From assembly GCA_963719085.1 (NCBI GenBank), contig CAVRAL010000004.1, forward strand, positions 320,001 to 384,000: a DNA stretch of 64,000 nucleotides. The letters run 5' to 3'. The position numbers were made by a program, and so were the translations under genes. Within the stretch, counting starts at the first letter, position 1. Each line of letters begins with the position of its first letter. The stretch comes from a candidate division FCPU426 bacterium. GTDB lineage: Bacteria; Oederibacteriota; Muellerivitia; Muellerivitales; Muellerivitaceae. Of the stretch, positions 58,668-64,000 are shown one piece after another. The notes beneath the pieces were generated by a model. It did no database searches, was not told where the DNA came from, and worked only from the letters and a program-made list of their open reading frames with translations.

Positions 58668-58699
58668 AAAAAAGCGCCGGGACGTTCAAGTCCCGGCGC
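58668..58699 (-). terminator. Intrinsic terminator of the small zf-HC2 gene
   Basis: Perfect 10-bp stem GCGCCGGGAC/GTCCCGGCGC followed by T6 on the minus strand. Confidence 0.85.
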
Positions 58700-58728
58700 C
58701 TTCTTCTTCAATCAAATCCCAAATCCGG

Positions 58729-58884
58729 TTAATCTTGGTTAAAAGCCGGCACTAACGTCAAAAGAAAAATACATTCCGGACAAACCAACATATGGGACTC
58801 AACTTCGGCTTTTTCGGCCTCCGTCAATTTTCCCAGCCGGTAAAGGTTCAATTGCTGTTTGATTTCTTCGCATTCGGATCCCAT
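58729..58884 (-). CDS. Small stand-alone zf-HC2 (ZAS-type zinc finger) protein, 51 aa
   Basis: Manual translation MGSECEEIKQQLNLYRLGKLTEAEKAEVESHMLVCPECIFLLTLVPAFNQD; C...HxxxCxxC; RBS GAGG; below the ORF-track cutoff. Confidence 0.82.
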   Translation of the reverse strand: MGSECEEIKQQLNLYRLGKLTEAEKAEVESHMLVCPECIFLLTLVPAFNQD

Positions 58885-58952
58885 AACCGCGCCTCGCTTT
58901 CCGACACATCAGCGTCCAAAGGTATTCGCCTGCAAGCGAGTGAGTTAAGTTA

Positions 58953-58981
58953 ACTATAAAGAGGTGCATCATCTGTGCCAA
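58953..58981 (-). promoter_or_regulatory. Promoter of the zf-HC2 gene: sigma54-like TTGGCACAGATGATGCA overlapping sigma70-like TTGGCA-N17-TATAGT
   Basis: GG-N10-GC with TGGCAC core at 58965-58981; TATAGT at 58953-58958. Confidence 0.6.
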
Positions 58982-59218
58982 TAAGGAAAACGAAGAACCT
59001 TTTGTTTTTAGACATTTTTAGGTTTAACTCAAGAGCCCTTTTTCCCAGTAAATCGCGATTTTAGGTTTCATTTTTAGTCCCAAGGGCCAAAACAAAGGCT
59101 AAAAAGCTGTATAAAATTTGCCTAAAGTCCTGGTTTCCGTCAAAAAAAGGACGGCGAGCCGGCTTCGATTTATTTTAGAAATAGGTTCAAATACCGCATC
59201 CTCCAAGAAAGTTGTTCG

Positions 59219-61360
59219 ATGAAATCCTCCGCTCCTGAAAACCCACTCTCACTGCTCAACCGCGTCTTTGGATACCCTTCCTTTCGCGGGCAGCAAAAGG
59301 CCATCATTGAGCACGCGCTCGGCGGAGGCTCTTGCCTGGTGCTCATGCCGACCGGCGGCGGAAAAAGTCTTTGCTATCAAATCCCGGCCATCCTTCGGCC
59401 CGGCCTGGCCTTGGTCATTTCACCCTTGATCGCCTTGATGCAGGATCAAGTGGACGCCCTCCGCGTGAATGGCGTGTCCTGCGCTTTTTACAATTCCACC
59501 TTGGACGGAAGGCAAAAAGACGGGATTCGCCGGCAGGCCCAGCGAAACCAGTTGGACCTGCTCTATGTCGCGCCCGAGACCCTCAACACGCCGGGTTTTC
59601 AAAATTTTCTTCAAGATCTTTCTTTGAGCCTCATCGCGGTGGACGAGGCCCATTGCGTCTCCCAATGGGGCCATGACTTCCGGCCCGATTATCTGCAAAT
59701 CGCCCGGCTGCGGGAGCGGTTCCCCCAGGTCCCCTTGATCGCCTTGACCGCCACGGCGGACCCGCAAACCCAAAAAGAAATCCGCGAACGGCTGGGATTG
59801 GCGCGGGACCCCGTTTTTTCTTCCAGCTTCGACCGTCCGAATATCCGGTACCAGATCACGGTAAAGGACGGAGGGCGTGATCAGCTTTTGGATTTTATCC
59901 AAACCCAGCATCCCGGCCAATCCGGCATCGTGTATGTCCTCAGCCGCGTGAACACGGAAGAAACCGCCGCGTGGTTGTCCCAAAAGGGCGTCCCCGCGCT
60001 TCCCTATCACGCCGGGCTGGACGCCGCCTTACGGCGCGGCCACCAGGGGCGTTTCTTACGGGAGGAGGGTCTGGTCATGGTGGCCACCATCGCCTTTGGC
60101 ATGGGCATCGACAAACCCAATGTGCGTTTCGTGGCGCATTTGGGAATTCCCAAAAGCGTGGAAGCCTATTATCAGGAAACCGGCCGGGCCGGGCGCGACG
60201 GGGAACCCGCCTCGGCTTGGATGGCTTATTCGTTAAACGACGTGGTGAAGCTTCGGCACATGATCCTGGGCGGCGAGGCCGCGGAAGCGCACAAACGCCT
60301 GGGCGGGCAAAAGCTCAACGCCATGCTGGGCCTTTGTGAAACCGCCCGCTGCCGACGCCAAGCGCTGTTGGCTTATTTTGGCGAGGCGCATTCGGGCGGC
60401 TGCGGCGGCTGTGACAATTGCCTTCAACCGCCCAAAACCTGGGACGCGACCCTGGCCGCGCAAAAAGCGCTTTCCTGCGTTTACCGCACCGGCCAGCGCT
60501 TTGGCGCGGGCCATTTGATCGATGTTTTGCTGGGCAAAGAAACCGAAAAGGCCCTCAGTTCGGGCCATACCCAATTAAGCGTTTTTGGCGTCGGTAAAGA
60601 ATTCGAGAAAAGAAAATGGGACTCGGTTTTTCGTCAGTTGGTGGCCGCGGATTATCTCGACACGGATTTGGAGGGGTACGGCACTTTTAAGCTGAATCAA
60701 AAGTCCTGGGCCGTTTTAAAAGAGGGTCAAAAAGTCCTCTTGCGGGAGGATCCGCCTCCCCCCAAAACCAAGCGAGATTCCCGAAAGGAAAAATCATCGT
60801 CGAAGCCATCGGCGCCTTTGTCCGCGGGATCCGCTTCCCTGTTTGAGGCGCTTCGGTCCCTTCGTTTGAGCCTGGCCAAGGAACAAAACCTTCCGCCTTA
60901 CGTGGTTTTCCACGACAGCGTTTTGCGGGAAATGGTTTCCCGAAAGCCCGGATCTTTGAACGAATTCGCCCAGATCCCAGGCGTGGGCGAGGCCAAACTC
61001 AGGCGTTACGGCCCCGCTTTTCTTCAAGTTTTACTCCAGGCGAAATCCTCCCTCGGCGATGAAGCCAGCGGAACCACGATGGAAACCTGGGAGCTTTTCC
61101 GAAAAGGCCTGGACGTGAACGCCATCGCCGCTCAACGGAATCTGACTCCGGGCACCATTTGGAGCCATTTGGGCCAACTGATAGGGGATCAAAAATTGCG
61201 CGTCGAGGACGTGGTGGGGCTGCCCCCGGGGGAACTGGCGGTCTTAAAAGCCGCCTTGGTGGATTCAAAAGGCAAACTCAAGCCGGTCTTTGAAAAATTC
61301 GCGGGGAAATACACATACGAAATCATTCGATGCGTCCAGGCCGGGCTCACCGAAAATTAA
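59219..61360 (+). CDS. recQ: ATP-dependent DNA helicase RecQ (RQC, HRDC, C-terminal HTH)
   Basis: [50 protein letters not shown]...CGGCDNC, PPYVVF. Confidence 0.98.
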   Translation: MKSSAPENPLSLLNRVFGYPSFRGQQKAIIEHALGGGSCLVLMPTGGGKSLCYQIPAILRPGLALVISPLIALMQDQVDALRVNGVSCAFYNSTLDGRQKDGIRRQAQRNQLDLLYVAPETLNTPGFQNFLQDLSLSLIAVDEAHCVSQWGHDFRPDYLQIARLRERFPQVPLIALTATADPQTQKEIRERLGLARDPVFSSSFDRPNIRYQITVKDGGRDQLLDFIQTQHPGQSGIVYVLSRVNTEETAAWLSQKGVPALPYHAGLDAALRRGHQGRFLREEGLVMVATIAFGMGIDKPNVRFVAHLGIPKSVEAYYQETGRAGRDGEPASAWMAYSLNDVVKLRHMILGGEAAEAHKRLGGQKLNAMLGLCETARCRRQALLAYFGEAHSGGCGGCDNCLQPPKTWDATLAAQKALSCVYRTGQRFGAGHLIDVLLGKETEKALSSGHTQLSVFGVGKEFEKRKWDSVFRQLVAADYLDTDLEGYGTFKLNQKSWAVLKEGQKVLLREDPPPPKTKRDSRKEKSSSKPSAPLSAGSASLFEALRSLRLSLAKEQNLPPYVVFHDSVLREMVSRKPGSLNEFAQIPGVGEAKLRRYGPAFLQVLLQAKSSLGDEASGTTMETWELFRKGLDVNAIAAQRNLTPGTIWSHLGQLIGDQKLRVEDVVGLPPGELAVLKAALVDSKGKLKPVFEKFAGKYTYEIIRCVQAGLTEN

Positions 61361-61391
61361 AAGACGACTCTGAAGACCGATCAGCGCAATT

Positions 61392-62060
61392 TTACCGGGT
61401 GACGGAAAAAAGGGAAAAGACCAGCCAAATGGCGCAGGCGGAGCCGATGGGCACCGTCAAATTGTCATCGACCTCAAAAGAAAAAAGCTCGATCAAGGCC
61501 CCCGCCACGGCGCTCACAAGCGCGATGCGCCAATCCCCGATCAAAGCCCAGGCGATGGCGAAGGCCACCGCGAAAAAGGAAAAAGTCCCTTCCGCCGACC
61601 GGCGGAAAATTTTCAACCTCCCAAAATAAAGGCCGCCTAATTCAGCCGCCGTGTCCCCCAGGGATAAAAACAACATGGCCGTAATGGCCACCGTGCGGGG
61701 AAAAAGAAAAACCACCAGGGAAAAAGCGAAACAAAGAAAAGTGGCGCCATTGAACTTATTTTGCTCGGTCCGGCGGATCAAGACGGAAAAAAATTTCATG
61801 AACTGGGAGTTGAACCGCTGGTCGTTTAAACGCAGCCAATCCAGGCAAAAGAAAGCAACAAAAGCCGAGACTAAAATCCAAAGCAGGGTGCGCCGCAGAT
61901 CGGCCTCGCTTTGATGCAGCGGATTATAAAAATAAACCAAGGGGGCGATCGAAGCCGAGACCACGTGATAAACCTTGCGGAAGGCTTGAAAGGGTTTGAT
62001 TTCCCGCTTTTTTTTAACGGGCGGGTCCGGCACCGCTGATGGGTTTAAGGTCGTTTCCAA
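61392..62060 (-). CDS. CTP-dependent polyprenol/diacylglycerol kinase family (SEC59/DGK1/VTE5-like)
   Basis: RKVYH, LGD.AA..G..FG, RSAEG, DDNLTVP. Confidence 0.85.
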   Translation of the reverse strand: METTLNPSAVPDPPVKKKREIKPFQAFRKVYHVVSASIAPLVYFYNPLHQSEADLRRTLLWILVSAFVAFFCLDWLRLNDQRFNSQFMKFFSVLIRRTEQNKFNGATFLCFAFSLVVFLFPRTVAITAMLFLSLGDTAAELGGLYFGRLKIFRRSAEGTFSFFAVAFAIAWALIGDWRIALVSAVAGALIELFSFEVDDNLTVPIGSACAIWLVFSLFSVTR

Positions 62061-62093
62061 AATTGAAGTCCTTTGAGTGGAGCCACCATAAAA

Positions 62094-62750
62094 TCACGGC
62101 ATCTTCGATTTTTCCAGAAAATAAGTCAAATGTTCCAATTCAGACGCCAGGTCCACTTCCCGCACTAGCACCGACTTGGGAACCGTGATGAGACAGGGCG
62201 CGAAATTAAGAATGGCCCTGATTCCGGCGTCCACCAAAAGCTCGGCCGCCCGCTGGGCCTGGCCGGCCGGAACCGCCAGCACGGCGATTTCTATTTTTTT
62301 ATCCCGGATCACCTGCCGCAAGGACGGGGTGGGCCAAATTTTAACGCCCTCCAGTTCCCAGCCCACTTTGGAAGGATCCACGTCAAACGCCGCCTCGATC
62401 CGAAACCCGGCTTTGGAAAAACCGCCGTACTGGAGCAGCGCCATTCCCAAATTACCCGCGCCCACCAAGGCGATCCGCCAGGCCTTATGAAGCCCTAAAA
62501 TTTCACGCATCTTGCCCTGCAGCGTTTTGAGGTCGTAACCCACGCCGCGCTGGCCGAATTGGCCGATGGCGGCCAGGTCTTTTCGCACCTGGGCCGGATT
62601 CATGGCGGAAGCCTGCGCCAATTCCCGAGAAGAAACCACGCCGCTGGAGCGGGCCTCCAAGGAAGCGAAGCTTCGCAGATAAACCGGCAATCGGGCGATG
62701 GTCGGTTCCGGGATATTTTTTCGGGTTTTAGGTGTTTTTTTCAGGGGCAT
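62094..62750 (-). CDS. rex: Redox-sensing transcriptional repressor Rex
   Basis: RLP.YLR, SS.ELA, QVRKDL...G.FG.RG.GY, GAGNLG.AL, ILNFAP. Confidence 0.97.
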   Translation of the reverse strand: MPLKKTPKTRKNIPEPTIARLPVYLRSFASLEARSSGVVSSRELAQASAMNPAQVRKDLAAIGQFGQRGVGYDLKTLQGKMREILGLHKAWRIALVGAGNLGMALLQYGGFSKAGFRIEAAFDVDPSKVGWELEGVKIWPTPSLRQVIRDKKIEIAVLAVPAGQAQRAAELLVDAGIRAILNFAPCLITVPKSVLVREVDLASELEHLTYFLEKSKMP

Positions 62751-62774
62751 TTTTTCTCGGACTCGGGGGATTCC

Positions 62775-63245
62775 TCACCACTCGTCCAGGGTTTCCTTTT
62801 GGGAAAAGACACGCTGCTCTTCCAAAAATTGGGCGCGCCGGCTGATCGCTTCTTTGCTCTTTTGCTTCAAGGCCGCCAGGCTGAAGGGTTTTGCCAGATA
62901 ATCACAGGCCCCTTGTTTCAAGGCGTCGATCCCCACCGAAAAAGAGCCATAGGCCGTCATGATGATGACAAAAATGCGTTTGTCCCGCATCTTTAAGTAC
63001 TGCAAAAGCTCCAGGCCCGTCATTTCAGGCATCCGCATATCGACCAGCGCCAAGTCATAAGAATGCTTGCGCTGAAGCGCGATGGCCTGGGTGGCGCTGG
63101 TGGCCGTGTCCACCCGGTATCCCAAGGGCGTCAGGCTCTTTTGGATCAATTGGGTGAAATCCGCCTCATCATCCACCACCAACACATGGGCCTTCCCCGC
63201 CGGTTTTTTCCGAGGCTTGCGCGCGTTTTTTTTAATCCGAGTCAC
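62775..63245 (-). CDS. Response regulator receiver (NtrC-type receiver without output domain)
   Basis: LVVDDE, D.RMPEM.G, MTAY, GA.DY.AKP. Confidence 0.9.
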   Translation of the reverse strand: MTRIKKNARKPRKKPAGKAHVLVVDDEADFTQLIQKSLTPLGYRVDTATSATQAIALQRKHSYDLALVDMRMPEMTGLELLQYLKMRDKRIFVIIMTAYGSFSVGIDALKQGACDYLAKPFSLAALKQKSKEAISRRAQFLEEQRVFSQKETLDEW

Positions 63246-63263
63246 GAGGAATCCCCTTTTCTT

Positions 63264-64000
63264 TCAGGCCTTATTATAGTCCATCGCCGGTTTGGACGAG
63301 TGGCCTTCCCGTGGAAAATCCAAGGTGAAAACCGTGCCTTCGCCCACCCGGCTTTGAACCCCGACCTTCCCGCCATGCTCCTCCACGATCCGCTTCACAA
63401 TGGCGAGCCCCAAGCCCGTGCCCCGGCCGAAACTTTTGGTGGAGTAAAAGGGCTCAAATATGCGCCTCAAAACCGCCGGCGCGATCCCTTTGCCGTTGTC
63501 CCGAACGGTAATTTGCAAGGTGCCTCTTTCATCCTGGGCGCTCAAGCGAACCGCTTGATAGCGGAACTTGGACGTCACGGTCACCAACCCGTCCTCTCCC
63601 ACCGAATCCACCGCGTTTTCCACCAGGTTTAAAAGGACCTGGAAAATCCCTTCCGGGTAGGCCATTAAAGTCGGGAGCTTGGGATCCAGGTCCAAGATCA
63701 ACCGGCCGCCGGCTTTTTTAAGCTTGGGCTCCACGGCCTCGGCCACGGCCCGAATAATTTCGCCTAGATCAACCGGTTTTACCTCGGACAGGCTTTGGCG
63801 GCTGTAGTCTAAAATGCCGCGGACCGTCTTGATGGCTCGGTCCACATATTGTTGGATTTTCAAAAGCGTGCGGTAGGACTTGGTGTGTTTGGGGCTTTCT
63901 TCCATGAGCAGTTCCAAGTTGCCCGAAATCAATCCCAAGGGTGTGTTAACCCCATGGGCGATGCGGCCGGTCAATTCCCCTAGTTGGATCAATCTCCGTT
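63264..64000 (-). CDS. Sensor histidine kinase, NtrB-like (3' part; 5' end outside the window)
   Basis: IAHGVNTPL H-box, NLVENAVD, DNGKGI, FEPFYSTK, GTGLGL. Confidence 0.93.
   Translation of the reverse strand, partial: RRLIQLGELTGRIAHGVNTPLGLISGNLELLMEESPKHTKSYRTLLKIQQYVDRAIKTVRGILDYSRQSLSEVKPVDLGEIIRAVAEAVEPKLKKAGGRLILDLDPKLPTLMAYPEGIFQVLLNLVENAVDSVGEDGLVTVTSKFRYQAVRLSAQDERGTLQITVRDNGKGIAPAVLRRIFEPFYSTKSFGRGTGLGLAIVKRIVEEHGGKVGVQSRVGEGTVFTLDFPREGHSSKPAMDYNKA

Noticed and set aside
58885..58945. Known riboswitch (fluoride, ZTP, c-di-GMP) in the zf-HC2 leader
   Set aside because: Only short fragments (GGCGAA, GCTGATG) resemble them; the required consensus and pairing are not present by eye.
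58799..58981. 60-aa track ORF on the minus strand
   Set aside because: Starts inside the promoter motif and has no features; the overlapping frame 58884-58729 encodes a clear zf-HC2 motif.

Overview
Bacterial chromosomal window from a diderm organism (TonB system, outer-membrane barrels); the lineage cannot be assigned from this sequence alone. Most of it is minus-strand housekeeping: polA, parAB, nnr, acpS, the full F1Fo atp operon, rimI/tsaB/tsaE/thiL/argJ, a cluster of three SurA/PrsA-like genes, mfd and rex, plus recQ and a gph-like HAD gene on the plus strand. The most interesting part is a metal-homeostasis island (3.8-14 kb). It holds two paralogous 95-aa DUF2946/CruR-like leader peptides (N-terminal hydrophobic helix, HHH, CxxC, 44-aa spacer, RSPP arrest-like motif). 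Each sits behind a promoter of identical architecture (TTGACA-N18-AATAAT) and each is coupled to a visible RNA switch. One precedes a TonB receptor-exbBD-tonB unit; the other precedes a porin plus metal ABC unit. Next to these is an arsC-aquaporin operon that appears to be controlled by a MerR-family protein with two vicinal Cys pairs instead of ArsR. Other notable items: a SurA-like PPIase fused to a C-terminal beta-barrel, a 51-aa stand-alone zf-HC2 gene missed by the ORF track that has its own promoter and terminator, three families of 9-nt-periodic intergenic inverted repeats, and a duplicated gene 3' end. No rRNA, tRNA, CRISPR array or transposase was found. Family assignments come from motif recognition by eye, not from database searches.
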